A stretch of DNA of 64,000 bases from Polaromonas sp. Lineage in GTDB: Bacteria > Pseudomonadota > Gammaproteobacteria > Burkholderiales > Burkholderiaceae_C. Under the pieces are notes generated by a model. It was not told where the DNA came from, made no database searches, and was given only the letters and a program-made list of their open reading frames with translations. This document shows positions 12,101 to 21,636 of the stretch, piece after piece. The stretch is taken from assembly GCA_038902915.1 (NCBI GenBank), contig JBCKNC010000001.1, positions 1,350 to 65,349 of the forward strand, written 5' to 3'. Both the position numbers and the translations under genes were made by a program. Position 1 is the stretch's first letter. Each line of letters opens with the position of its first letter.

Positions 12101-13090
12101 CTAACTGCTGCGCTTTTGGACGCTTGCTTTCTTCGTGGTGGGTGTTTTGATGGCCACCTTTGCAGTCATCTTCGTGGCTACTTTTTTGGCTACCGGTTTC
12201 GGGGCGGGTGCGACTTTGGCGATGGCTTTTTTAGCAGTCGCCTTTTTGGCGGCAACCTTTTTTGCAACTGGTTTTTTTATGCCGGGTGCTTTGATGGTTC
12301 TGATGGTTTTTATGGTCTTCACGACTTTTACAGCTTTTACGGCTACTTTTTTTGCCGGCGGCGCGTCCGTGGCCTGCGCCATCTCAAGCCCAAATACATC
12401 GGCTAGCAACGAATCGTCTAGCACCTTGGCTGCTTTTGGCACTTTACGTGCCAGTACCGTATTCAAGCCGCCGTCCGCGACCTGAATCAGGTCTTTGGCA
12501 TCCACATGGCGCAAGGTAAACAGCAGCTCGGGCTGCTGGTCCAGCCGCGCGCCTACACCGTACAGCACGGCAGCCACGTGCTTGCACATGCCGGCCCAAT
12601 CCGGGCAGCTGCAGTCAAAGCTAATTTCTTTGGGCGTGGGCATCAGGCCTTTGCCGGGCTCGCAAATGCGCTGCATGATAGCCGTTGAAAGCTTGCCTTG
12701 CAAAATTTCAACCAGCGATGCAATTGAGCCCGCGGCAGCCTGACAAATCGACTTCCACTGCGCCGGTTGGACCGGCCGGACGGTGACGTTGACTTTATAC
12801 AAAGACGATCCCATCACCAACGCATGAACAACGCCAGCCGTCAATTGCAAATGAATCACCGAGCCGTTGCGAACGTAGGTTGCGCCACGCGGCAAACGGT
12901 TGGCGTAGTCGCTGTAGGCCTCCAGGTTGTCGCACCAGCTTTTGCCCCAGACGGTTTTAGCGACTGCGCCGCGATAGGCCAAGATGGGGGTGTAGTTTTT
13001 ACCGCTTTTTTTGGCTTTGGCTGCGGCTTTTTCAGCCAGCTTTTGGCGCTGGCCAACTGTGACGTAGGGCTTCCATCCGTAGTAGCGCAT
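12101..13090 (-). CDS. SWIM zinc-finger protein with Lys/Ala-rich histone H1-like C-terminal tail
   Basis: NRLPRGATY; CSCPDWAGMCKH (CxC...CxH SWIM); downstream of the Snf2 gene. Confidence 0.9.
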   Translation of the reverse strand: MRYYGWKPYVTVGQRQKLAEKAAAKAKKSGKNYTPILAYRGAVAKTVWGKSWCDNLEAYSDYANRLPRGATYVRNGSVIHLQLTAGVVHALVMGSSLYKVNVTVRPVQPAQWKSICQAAAGSIASLVEILQGKLSTAIMQRICEPGKGLMPTPKEISFDCSCPDWAGMCKHVAAVLYGVGARLDQQPELLFTLRHVDAKDLIQVADGGLNTVLARKVPKAAKVLDDSLLADVFGLEMAQATDAPPAKKVAVKAVKVVKTIKTIRTIKAPGIKKPVAKKVAAKKATAKKAIAKVAPAPKPVAKKVATKMTAKVAIKTPTTKKASVQKRSS

Positions 13091-13111
13091 GGGGTTTCTT
13101 TCGTATTTGAA

Positions 13112-15859
13112 TTAGCTGCCCTGTGCAGCATGAATGTCGAGCTTGACCAAGCCCAGTAAATCAGCATCGCTCATCTCGGTTAACTTTAATTCTGCACCAC
13201 CCTCCAGCACGTCATTGACCAGCTGCTGCTTGCTTTCAATCAACTGGTCAATGCGTTCTTCAACCGTGCCCTGGCAGACAAATTTGTGTACCAGTACATT
13301 GCGCTTTTGACCGATACGAAAAGCGCGATCAGTGGCCTGGTTTTCGACCGCCGGGTTCCACCAGCGGTCAAAGTGAATGACGTGCGATGCAGCCGTCAGG
13401 TTAAGCCCTGCGCCGCCGGCCTTAATTGACAACACAAAGAACGGTGTTTGCTCGTCTTCTTGAAAACGTTTGACCAATTCAGGCCGTTTGGCCACGGGCG
13501 TTGCGCCGTGCAGCACCAGACCTTCGCGACCAAAAATACTGCCTAAAAACGCAGCCAGCGGTGCGGTGGTTTCTCTGAACTGGGTAAACACCAAAACCTT
13601 TTCTTGTCTTGCAGCTATCACCTCAACTAGCTCGCGCAGGCGTGCAAATTTGCCGCTGTCGGCCTCGGCCCACGCGCCATCACCGAGCCACTGCGAGGGG
13701 TGGTTGCAAATTTGTTTGAAACGCATCAGAAACGATAGCACCAAACCTTTGCGAGCCAGTGCCGATGGGTCTTCAGTCGCCTGTAGTGCCGCTGTCAGCT
13801 CTTTCACGGCACGCTCATAAAGCGCGGCCTGGGTGGGGCTTAAATGGCACCAGGCTTTAACCTCCGTTTTGTCGGGCAGGTCGGCAATCACCCGCTTGTC
13901 GGTCTTCATGCGCCGCAAAATATAGGGCTGCACCAGGCTGCGCAGCGGGCCAAAGTGTTCTGCCTCGGCCAGACGTTTGGTGAACTGAGCAAACACCTTG
14001 CTGCTGCCCAGCAAGCCGGGGTGGGTAAAGTCAAAAATTGACCACAAATCAGACAAGCGGTTTTCTACCGGCGTGCCGGTCAATGCAATGCGTGATTGGG
14101 CTTGCAGCTTTTTGACTTGACGGGTTTGCTTGGCCGCCGGGTTTTTAATCGCTTGCGCCTCGTCTATCACCACCAGTCGCCACTGCATGGCTTCAAGCGC
14201 AGGCCAGCGCAGCAGCGTGCCGTAGCTGGTGACCACTAAATCGTAGCTGGCAAATTGCGCGGCATCGAGCGCCTTGAATTCGTCAACCGGCAGGCTTGAA
14301 GGGTGCGCCACCAGCAGGCGCAAGCTGGGCGCAAAACGCGCCGCTTCCAGTGCCCAGTTTGACAAAAGCGAAGCTGGCACCACCAGCAAACTGGGCTGGT
14401 GTTTTGGGGCCTTGGCATTTTCTCTTTTCAGCACCAACAGCAGCGACAGCACCTGAATGGTTTTGCCCAAGCCCATGTCGTCAGCCAGGCAAGCACCCAG
14501 CCTGAGCTGGGTTAGCAAATACAGCCAGCGCAGGCCCGCCTCTTGATAGGGGCGTAGCGTGGCTTTGAGGGCTGCGCCGGGGTGCACACGGGCCAAGCCT
14601 TCGGGCTGGCGCAGGCCTTGCAGCGTTTGGGCCAGCCACGGGCCAGCCACCAGCTCAGACCAATCTACATCTTGCGCTGCAGCAACAGCCGCTTCGCCAT
14701 CAAGCGACGCACCGGCTACCAAGCGCATGGCCTCTAAAAAGGGCATACCACCAGCAGCGGCTTTTTGAATCGCCTCAAAGCGCTGCAGCAGCCGCTCAAC
14801 GGCTTGCCGATTGACCTCAACCCACTGACCGCGGATAAGATGCAAACCGTCACCCGCTTTGAGCAGCGCCGCCATGTCTGCGGCACTCAAAGGCTCGCCG
14901 CCTACCGACATCTGCATATTGAAGTCCAGCAGCGCATCGACACCGAGCAGCGAGGGCTGGCGGGCTCCCACGCTGCCTTTAATGGCCGGGCGGCTGGGTC
15001 TGCCAGACTTCCACACACTGGGCATGCGCACCACCACCCCTGCGGCTTCGAGCTTGTCTGCATCGCGCAAAAAACCAAAGGCTTGCGCTGCCGTCCAGCG
15101 CAGAGGGTGATAAATATCGCCCTCACTCACCATCGTATTCAACCATTCGCATTGCTCGGCGGCACGCTGCACTGGAACCAGCAATGACAACAACTGTGGC
15201 TTGTTTTTAGTACCCGAAAACTCGGCCAAGGCCTGCGACAGCGGCTGGTGTTGCGCCTTGCCTTGGGCCGACAAGCGGGCTGTGTAGGTAGCTAAAAAAG
15301 CAAATGGGTAGTCGGGATCTTTACGGTTTTCGGCTAGGTTGAAATGCACACGCCCGACCATGTTCCAAACCGGATGACATGATTTTAAAAATGCCTGCAA
15401 ACTCAGTGCAGATGCTGCGAGTTCGGCCTGCAGAGCGGCATTCATATCCGCCCATAGCGCGATCAACACATCACTGGAGAGGTATTCAGCACCCTGCATG
15501 GGGGGTGCATCTGCTACCCATGCGTGGAGTGTTTCGAGCGCCGGTAATGCAGGCAAAACGAGCGGCTCAAGCGCTGCATTGCCGGCCGCGTCAGCCGCGT
15601 CGGGTAAAGCGCACAGCGCAGTGACATAGCGCACGGCAAAGTCACGCCACCAGCGCCAGGCCGCGGGCAATGCATGGTCAACACAAGTCGCACCCAAGTG
15701 CAGCAAGCCATGCCCCGCACCGCGCGTAAATGCCTGAGCCAGATCGGCGGCTGTGCTTGAAGACAGCGGGGGCGCGTCAACCTCTGGCAAGGCCAGCAGG
15801 CTGCCGCGCGGACTTAGGTGCAGGGCTAGGAGATCAAGGGTGAGTGGAGCTGCTTGCAT
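13112..15859 (-). CDS. Snf2-family (DEAD/H-like) helicase/translocase
   Basis: LRPYQ, LADDMGLGKT, IDEAQ, TGTPVEN, RWWNPAVENQATDRAFRIGQ. Confidence 0.95.
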   Translation of the reverse strand: MQAAPLTLDLLALHLSPRGSLLALPEVDAPPLSSSTAADLAQAFTRGAGHGLLHLGATCVDHALPAAWRWWRDFAVRYVTALCALPDAADAAGNAALEPLVLPALPALETLHAWVADAPPMQGAEYLSSDVLIALWADMNAALQAELAASALSLQAFLKSCHPVWNMVGRVHFNLAENRKDPDYPFAFLATYTARLSAQGKAQHQPLSQALAEFSGTKNKPQLLSLLVPVQRAAEQCEWLNTMVSEGDIYHPLRWTAAQAFGFLRDADKLEAAGVVVRMPSVWKSGRPSRPAIKGSVGARQPSLLGVDALLDFNMQMSVGGEPLSAADMAALLKAGDGLHLIRGQWVEVNRQAVERLLQRFEAIQKAAAGGMPFLEAMRLVAGASLDGEAAVAAAQDVDWSELVAGPWLAQTLQGLRQPEGLARVHPGAALKATLRPYQEAGLRWLYLLTQLRLGACLADDMGLGKTIQVLSLLLVLKRENAKAPKHQPSLLVVPASLLSNWALEAARFAPSLRLLVAHPSSLPVDEFKALDAAQFASYDLVVTSYGTLLRWPALEAMQWRLVVIDEAQAIKNPAAKQTRQVKKLQAQSRIALTGTPVENRLSDLWSIFDFTHPGLLGSSKVFAQFTKRLAEAEHFGPLRSLVQPYILRRMKTDKRVIADLPDKTEVKAWCHLSPTQAALYERAVKELTAALQATEDPSALARKGLVLSFLMRFKQICNHPSQWLGDGAWAEADSGKFARLRELVEVIAARQEKVLVFTQFRETTAPLAAFLGSIFGREGLVLHGATPVAKRPELVKRFQEDEQTPFFVLSIKAGGAGLNLTAASHVIHFDRWWNPAVENQATDRAFRIGQKRNVLVHKFVCQGTVEERIDQLIESKQQLVNDVLEGGAELKLTEMSDADLLGLVKLDIHAAQGS

Positions 15860-15917
15860 GAGCGTGGTGGTCGTGGCGGTCGTGGGTACAGGTTCTCAGC
15901 TTATTACTTCCACTTCA

Positions 15918-16120
15918 GGGCACTTCTAGAAATTCAGATTTTCGGGATGAAGTGCAAGGCGGACGGAGGAGGGTTTTTGGGGTCAGAGTCCAAATTCATC
16001 GTGCCCTTGGCACGCCCTTCAGGTGCGATGCTTTGCATCGTAATGAAATTGGCGTCTGACCCCAATAACCCTCCGCGCAACGCCGCAATTCACCCGAAAA
16101 ATGAATTTATAAAAGTGCCC
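15918..16120. mobile_element. MITE M1 carrying a nested type B GGGGTCAGA palindrome (15971-16071)
   Basis: GGGCACTTCTAGAAATTCAG...TGAATTTATAAAAGTGCCC ends; 4-bp direct repeat TTCA at 15914-15917 and 16121-16124. Confidence 0.85.
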
Positions 16121-16131
16121 TTCATGCGATT

Positions 16132-16296
16132 AGACTGTTTCCGGGTGCCGTCCGGGCCGACAAGGCGTTGCGGGATGAGGCCATCCGCAAGGCCTGCCTG
16201 AAATTGGGTTACACCATGGCCACCACGGCCCGCGAGGTGGGAATTCACTATTCTACGGTCAGCAAAATCATCAAGGGCGAGCGGTTAAAAGGGTGA
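16132..16296 (+). pseudogene. C-terminal HTH fragment of a REP-associated tyrosine (Y1 HUH) transposase
   Basis: RLFPGAVRADKALRDEAIRKACLKLGYTMATTAREVGIHYSTVSKIIKGERLKG*, followed by TCAAGACTTGACC...TTGACCCC; no catalytic N-terminus. Confidence 0.65.
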
Positions 16297-16360
16297 TGTC
16301 AAGACTTGACCACTTTGCCTTTGACCCCTTTGCCTTTTTTCTGGAGTGCCGTCAAACTCG

Positions 16361-16930
16361 TTAGGCGTCGGTGTTTGAGGGAGCATGGCAATTCCACTTC
16401 GCTAGCGATGCGCTACTCGAGACATACAAGGGATGCCGCGGTTCGCCCCGCTTGGTGACGCCCAAGCATCTCGCGCCGCGAAGGATCGGTGCCAACGCCT
16501 GTGAGCGTTGCTCAAGTGCTCCTCCGTTTCCCCAAGCGACGATCGTTTTCTGAGCATTTGCAGCAAGGAACGAAAGCGCCTCGTCGTTGTGAAAATTCGT
16601 AGGCTCCGGTGCCCGCTTGAGTTCTCGTGCAGCCTTTGTGCGGAACGCAAACGCATTTCCGATAAGCAAGCCCCCGTAGCCCCATGACCTCGACCACTGC
16701 TTGCACCGTTCCAGCGTGTTTCGGCGACGCATCTCGGTCTCGCCAGTTCCTGGATTTAGCATCACCCAAAGTACGAGGGGCAACGCGGCATTCCACGACT
16801 GAAAGTACGCGTACCGGTACCTCATGTCTTGCGAGTAGACGTATGCGTGGCACAGATCCTGCGCCCGCCTCTCCGTGAATAGAAGCCCTCGCGCTGCGGC
16901 AAACGATTTGAGGACCTCTGGGTCAAGCAT
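16361..16930 (-). CDS. DUF1643 domain protein in an integron-type gene cassette
   Basis: YRY, WVMLNPG, WGYGG, IVAWG, GVTKRGEPRHPLY; flanked by GTTAGGC and GCCTAAC core sites. Confidence 0.85.
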   Translation of the reverse strand: MLDPEVLKSFAAARGLLFTERRAQDLCHAYVYSQDMRYRYAYFQSWNAALPLVLWVMLNPGTGETEMRRRNTLERCKQWSRSWGYGGLLIGNAFAFRTKAARELKRAPEPTNFHNDEALSFLAANAQKTIVAWGNGGALEQRSQALAPILRGARCLGVTKRGEPRHPLYVSSSASLAKWNCHAPSNTDA

Positions 16931-17029
16931 GGGTTGCTCCGCGACGCCTAACAATCAGCGTTTATCCGCCGCGCCGTAAAGCCAGCACAAGGCGAAGCCC
17001 ACTAGCGAACGGCTCTTGCTCAGGCGGCT

Positions 17030-17051
17030 ACATGCATTTTTAGAAGCACCC
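17030..17051. repeat. Isolated degenerate M1 MITE end
   Basis: TGCATTTTTAGAAGCACCC adjoining the TAG stop of comM. Confidence 0.55.
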
Positions 17052-18595
17052 TAATGCGCAGCCTTCAAGGCCCGCCGATACTGCACCGCCTCGGCCACGT
17101 GGGTCACTTGCACGCTACCTGCGCCCACCAAATCGGCAATCGTGCGGGCAACCTTCAAGCAGCGGTGAATACTGCGGCCTGACCAGCCCAAGCGTGTCGC
17201 AGCGATGTTCAAAAATTTTGCCGCGGCTTCATCTAACTTGCATTGCTCGTCAATCGCCTGACCATCGAGCGCCTGATTGGTACTGCCTTGGCGAGCTATC
17301 GCGCGCTCCCTGGCCTTGACCACCCGGACGCGAATCGCATCGGTGCTTTCGCCGGGCGGCGTGTTGATGAGCTCGTCAGCGGCCAGCGCGCCGACTTCGA
17401 CATGCAGGTCAATCCGGTCCAGCAATGGCCCGCTGAGTTTGCCCTGGTAGCGTGACACCTGGTCGGGCGAGCAGCGGCAGGCCCGCAGGCTGGAGCCCAG
17501 GTAGCCACAGGGACAGGGGTTCATGGCGGCAATCAACTGAAAGTAGGCCGGAAATTCGGCCCGCTGCGCTGCGCGTGAGATGGTGATGTGGCCGGACTCC
17601 AGCGGCTCGCGCAGCGCTTCAAGTGCCGCCCTTGGAAATTCGGGCAGCTCGTCAAGAAACAAAACGCCTCGGTGTGCCAGCGATATTTCACCGGGGCGTG
17701 GTGGTGAGCCGCCGCCAACCAGCGCCACCGCGCTGGCGGTGTGATGCGGTGCGCAGGTTGGCCTGACAGCCCATTGGTCGAGTGAGAAACGCCCGCCTAG
17801 TGAGGCAACGGCGGCACTCTCCAGCGCTTCTTCGGTGGTCATGGCGGGCAGCAGGCCGGCAAAGCGTTGCGCCAGCATCGACTTGCCCGAGCCGGGCGCG
17901 CCCATCATCAGCACGCTGTGGCCACCGGCTGCAGCAATTTCCAGCGCGCGCCGTGCTGCGGCCTGGCCTTTGACGTCGGCCATGTCCTTGTACGGCGTTA
18001 GCGGCGCTTTCTGGTCAGCCTGTACCCGGCTCCAGCCGTCGAGTACGTCGGGCGTCGTGTCGCCGGGCAAAAACTGCCTGACCACATCCATCAAATGCCG
18101 GGCCTGGTAGATCTCGGCACCGGGCACAAGGCCTGCCTCTTGCGCACTGCTTTCGGGTAACACCAGTTTGGGTGCTAGAGTCGTTTGAGAGGGCAATCCA
18201 CGGTTAATCGCCAAGCTCATCGCTAAAGCGCCGCGCACAGCCCGCAAATCCCCGCCTAATGAGAGCTCGCCTGCAAACTCGTAGCCGTGCATTTTTTTCG
18301 AATCAATTTGCCCGCTGGCCGCCAGAATGCCCAGCGCAATCGGTAAATCAAATCGGCCTGAATCTTTGGGCAAGTCTGCAGGCGCGAGATTGACGGTGAT
18401 TCTTTTGTTAGCTGGAAACTCCAGCCCCGAGTTCAGGATGGCGGAGCGTACCCGCTCACGCGCTTCCTTGACTTCGGTTTCGGCCAGACCCACCAGCGTG
18501 AAGCTGGGCAGCCCGTTGGCCAGATGTACCTCCACCGATACCGGCCTCGCCTCCATGCCAAGCAGCGCACGACTATGCACTAAAGACAGACTCAT
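17051..18595 (-). CDS. comM: YifB/ComM family Mg-chelatase-like AAA+ ATPase
   Basis: VEVHLANGLPSFTLVGL, GAPGSGKS, PGEISLAHRGVLFLDELPEF, AAMNPCPCG. Confidence 0.93.
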   Translation of the reverse strand: MSLSLVHSRALLGMEARPVSVEVHLANGLPSFTLVGLAETEVKEARERVRSAILNSGLEFPANKRITVNLAPADLPKDSGRFDLPIALGILAASGQIDSKKMHGYEFAGELSLGGDLRAVRGALAMSLAINRGLPSQTTLAPKLVLPESSAQEAGLVPGAEIYQARHLMDVVRQFLPGDTTPDVLDGWSRVQADQKAPLTPYKDMADVKGQAAARRALEIAAAGGHSVLMMGAPGSGKSMLAQRFAGLLPAMTTEEALESAAVASLGGRFSLDQWAVRPTCAPHHTASAVALVGGGSPPRPGEISLAHRGVLFLDELPEFPRAALEALREPLESGHITISRAAQRAEFPAYFQLIAAMNPCPCGYLGSSLRACRCSPDQVSRYQGKLSGPLLDRIDLHVEVGALAADELINTPPGESTDAIRVRVVKARERAIARQGSTNQALDGQAIDEQCKLDEAAAKFLNIAATRLGWSGRSIHRCLKVARTIADLVGAGSVQVTHVAEAVQYRRALKAAH

Positions 18596-18618
18596 CAGGG
18601 ACTTCCTTTTTATAAAAA

Positions 18619-18657
18619 TGCATCAAAAGCGGGCGTTAGATGGGCCAACTTGGTGCA
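18619..18657. promoter_or_regulatory. Putative NtrC binding sites
   Basis: TGCATCAAAAGCGGGCG and TGGGCCAACTTGGTGCA resemble TGCACCA-N3-TGGTGCA, about 100 bp upstream of a sigma54 promoter. Confidence 0.55.
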
Positions 18658-18750
18658 TCACTGTTTCCAGTGGTTTTTATGCGACGTTACCTTTAACGCG
18701 CCATAGATGTTATGGGTAGACTGCAAGCGTCTTGAGGGCTTGTAATGTTT

Positions 18751-18768
18751 TTGGCACGGTAAGTGCTT
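18751..18768 (+). promoter_or_regulatory. Sigma54 (-24/-12) promoter of torF-glnK-amtB
   Basis: TTGGCACGGTAAGTGCTT with exact GG-N10-GC spacing. Confidence 0.8.
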
Positions 18769-18821
18769 GTCGCTTCCTGCTTGAATCGCTATGCAACATT
18801 AACAACTTTCCGGAGAGCCCT

Positions 18822-19568
18822 ATGAAATTGAAATCAAAATCCGCACTCGCACTCATCGCCCTGCTGGCGGGCTCCGCCGCCTTGGCACAAGCCAAGGCGC
18901 CCGAGCCAGACTACACCTTGTCCTACAACGTGGGTGTTACCAGCGACTACCGTTTCCGTGGCATCGCACAAACTTCGTTTAAACCAGCCCTGCAAGCGGG
19001 CGTTGATTTTGCACACAAGAGCGGTTTTTATCTCGGCGTCTGGGGCTCCAACGTCAGCTGGGTCAAGGACTTCGCTCTCGCCACGAATGGGTCACTTGAG
19101 ATTGACCTGTATGGCGGCTACAAGGGTGAAATCAGCAAAGATTTCACGTATGACCTGGGCGCGATCCGTTACCAGTACCCCGGCAATACCGCAGCAACCA
19201 ACGCCAACACCACCGAGCTTTATGGCGCCTTGACCTACGGCCTGGTCACCGCCAAATACAGCCGCAGCGCCGGCAATTTCATTGCCAATCCGAATAGCTC
19301 AGGCAGTGCATATTTTGAAGTGGCGGCCACTTTTGATCTGGGTAACGGCTTCACGCTCACGCCGCGCGTGGGGCGTCAAACCGTTGCGAATGGGTCAGTC
19401 TATGACTACACTGACTACGCGCTGACCCTGGGCAAAGACTTTGGCAGCGGCCTGAGCGCCACGGTTGCCGCCATCGGAAGCAACGCCAACGATGTGGCCT
19501 ATACCGACATCAACGGCAAAATTTTGAGCAAGAATGCCCTGGTGGTCGGCCTGAAATACAGCTTCTGA
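18822..19568 (+). CDS. TorF-family putative outer-membrane porin
   Basis: Signal peptide, SDYRFRGIAQT, EIDLYGGY, C-terminal Phe; usual position upstream of glnK. Confidence 0.85.
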   Translation: MKLKSKSALALIALLAGSAALAQAKAPEPDYTLSYNVGVTSDYRFRGIAQTSFKPALQAGVDFAHKSGFYLGVWGSNVSWVKDFALATNGSLEIDLYGGYKGEISKDFTYDLGAIRYQYPGNTAATNANTTELYGALTYGLVTAKYSRSAGNFIANPNSSGSAYFEVAATFDLGNGFTLTPRVGRQTVANGSVYDYTDYALTLGKDFGSGLSATVAAIGSNANDVAYTDINGKILSKNALVVGLKYSF

Positions 19569-19579
19569 TCACACTTTGA

Positions 19580-19987
<408 letters not shown>

Positions 19988-20025
19988 CGCAAGCTCTGTC
20001 CCCAACCATTCGAGAGAACACTGAC

Positions 20026-21534
20026 ATGAAAAAACTATTTGCTACCCTGGCGCTGGGACTGAGCCTGCTCACCGGTGCTGCTGCCGTACTGGCGCAGGCG
20101 CCCGCTGCTGCCCCTGTTGCTTCTGAAGCCGCCGCACCGGCTGCTGCTCCTGCCCCCGCGGCTACAGCAGTTGCCGCTGCTGCCGCCGCACCGGCCGCCG
20201 TCCCCAACAAGGGCGATACCGCCTGGATGATGGTTTCCACCCTGCTGGTGATCTTGATGATCATTCCCGGTCTGGCGCTGTTCTACGGCGGCCTGGTGCG
20301 CAGCAAGAACATGCTGTCGGTGCTGATGCAGGTCATGGTCACCTTCTCGATGATTGTGGTGCTGTGGTTCATCTATGGCTACAGCCTGGCCTTCACCGAA
20401 GGAAACGCTTTCTTCGGCGGCTTCGACCGGCTGTTCATGAAAGGCATCTGGGACAACGCGGCAGGCACCTTCGCCAACGCGGCGACCTTCAGCAAAGGCG
20501 TCGTGATTCCTGAAATCATCTTCGCAGCCTTCCAGGCGACCTTTGCCGGCATCACCTGCGCACTGATCGTCGGCGCCTTTGCCGAACGCATGAAGTTCTC
20601 CGCCGTGCTGATGTTCATAGCGCTCTGGTTCACCTTCAGCTATGCACCGATGGCTCACATGGTCTGGTTCTGGATGGGCCCGGATGCCTATGCCTCCAAG
20701 GAAGTGGTTGACGCCATGAGCGCCAAAGCCGGCTACATCTGGCAGATGGGTGCGCTTGATTTTGCCGGCGGTACCGTTGTGCATATCAACGCCGCCATGG
20801 CCGGTCTGGTCGGTGCCTACATGGTCGGCAAGCGTATGGGGTACGGTAAGGAAGCCATGGCTCCTCACAGCCTGACCTTGACCATGGTCGGTGCTGCACT
20901 GCTGTGGGTTGGCTGGTTTGGTTTTAATGCCGGCTCTGCGCTGGAAGCCAATGGCTTCGCGGCACTGGCTTTCATCAACACCTTGGGTGCTACCGCTGCG
21001 GCTGTGCTGGCCTGGTGTGTGGGTGAAACGCTGATGCGCGGCAAGGCTTCGATGCTGGGTGCAGCTTCCGGTGCAGTAGCTGGTCTGGTGGCCATCACGC
21101 CGGCAGCCGGCAACGTCGGCATCGGCGGTGGTCTGGTTATCGGCCTGGTTGCTGGCTTCGCCTGCCTCTGGGGTGTTAATGGGCTGAAGAAAATGCTCGG
21201 TGCTGACGACTCTCTCGACGTGTTTGGCATACACGGTATCGGCGGTATTTTGGGTGCGCTTTTGACGGGTGTGTTCAACTCGCCAAGCTTGGGTGGCCCT
21301 GGCTACGTGGCGGACTGGGTCACGGCGACCATGGTCACGGCGGCCGACTATTCCATCGTTTCGCAGGTCTGGATCCAGTTCAAGGCGGTGCTGATCACGA
21401 TTGTCTGGTCTGGTGTGGTGGCGTTCATCGCTTACAAGGTGGTGGACCTCACCATCGGCTTGCGCGTCAGTGAAGAAGACGAGCGCGAAGGTCTGGACAT
21501 CACATCGCACGGTGAGACTGCTTACAACCGTTGA
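20026..21534 (+). CDS. amtB: Ammonium transporter
   Basis: GDTAWM, DFAGGTVVHIN, WVGWFGFNAGS, DDSLDVFGIHG. Confidence 0.97.
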   Translation: MKKLFATLALGLSLLTGAAAVLAQAPAAAPVASEAAAPAAAPAPAATAVAAAAAAPAAVPNKGDTAWMMVSTLLVILMIIPGLALFYGGLVRSKNMLSVLMQVMVTFSMIVVLWFIYGYSLAFTEGNAFFGGFDRLFMKGIWDNAAGTFANAATFSKGVVIPEIIFAAFQATFAGITCALIVGAFAERMKFSAVLMFIALWFTFSYAPMAHMVWFWMGPDAYASKEVVDAMSAKAGYIWQMGALDFAGGTVVHINAAMAGLVGAYMVGKRMGYGKEAMAPHSLTLTMVGAALLWVGWFGFNAGSALEANGFAALAFINTLGATAAAVLAWCVGETLMRGKASMLGAASGAVAGLVAITPAAGNVGIGGGLVIGLVAGFACLWGVNGLKKMLGADDSLDVFGIHGIGGILGALLTGVFNSPSLGGPGYVADWVTATMVTAADYSIVSQVWIQFKAVLITIVWSGVVAFIAYKVVDLTIGLRVSEEDEREGLDITSHGETAYNR

Positions 21535-21595
21535 TTGATGGGAAGGACTGACTGAAAGTAGTCCTGTTAGTTGACGAGAGCCTCCTGGGGATGTT

Positions 21596-21631
21596 CAGCC
21601 CGCTGGTGCCAAGCCAGCGGGCTGTTTTTTG
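21596..21631 (+). terminator. Rho-independent terminator after amtB
   Basis: CAGCCCGCTGG-TGCCAAG-CCAGCGGGCTG followed by TTTTTT. Confidence 0.85.
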
Positions 21632-21636
21632 CCTGG

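Noticed and set aside
17051-18595. comM as an island integration site
   Set aside because: The gene is intact and there is no integrase or att duplication.
20035-21510. 491-aa antisense ORF over amtB and similar long shadow ORFs (9565-10845, 43667-44818, 51010-52452)
   Set aside because: Antisense frames of GC-biased genes; no recognisable domains.
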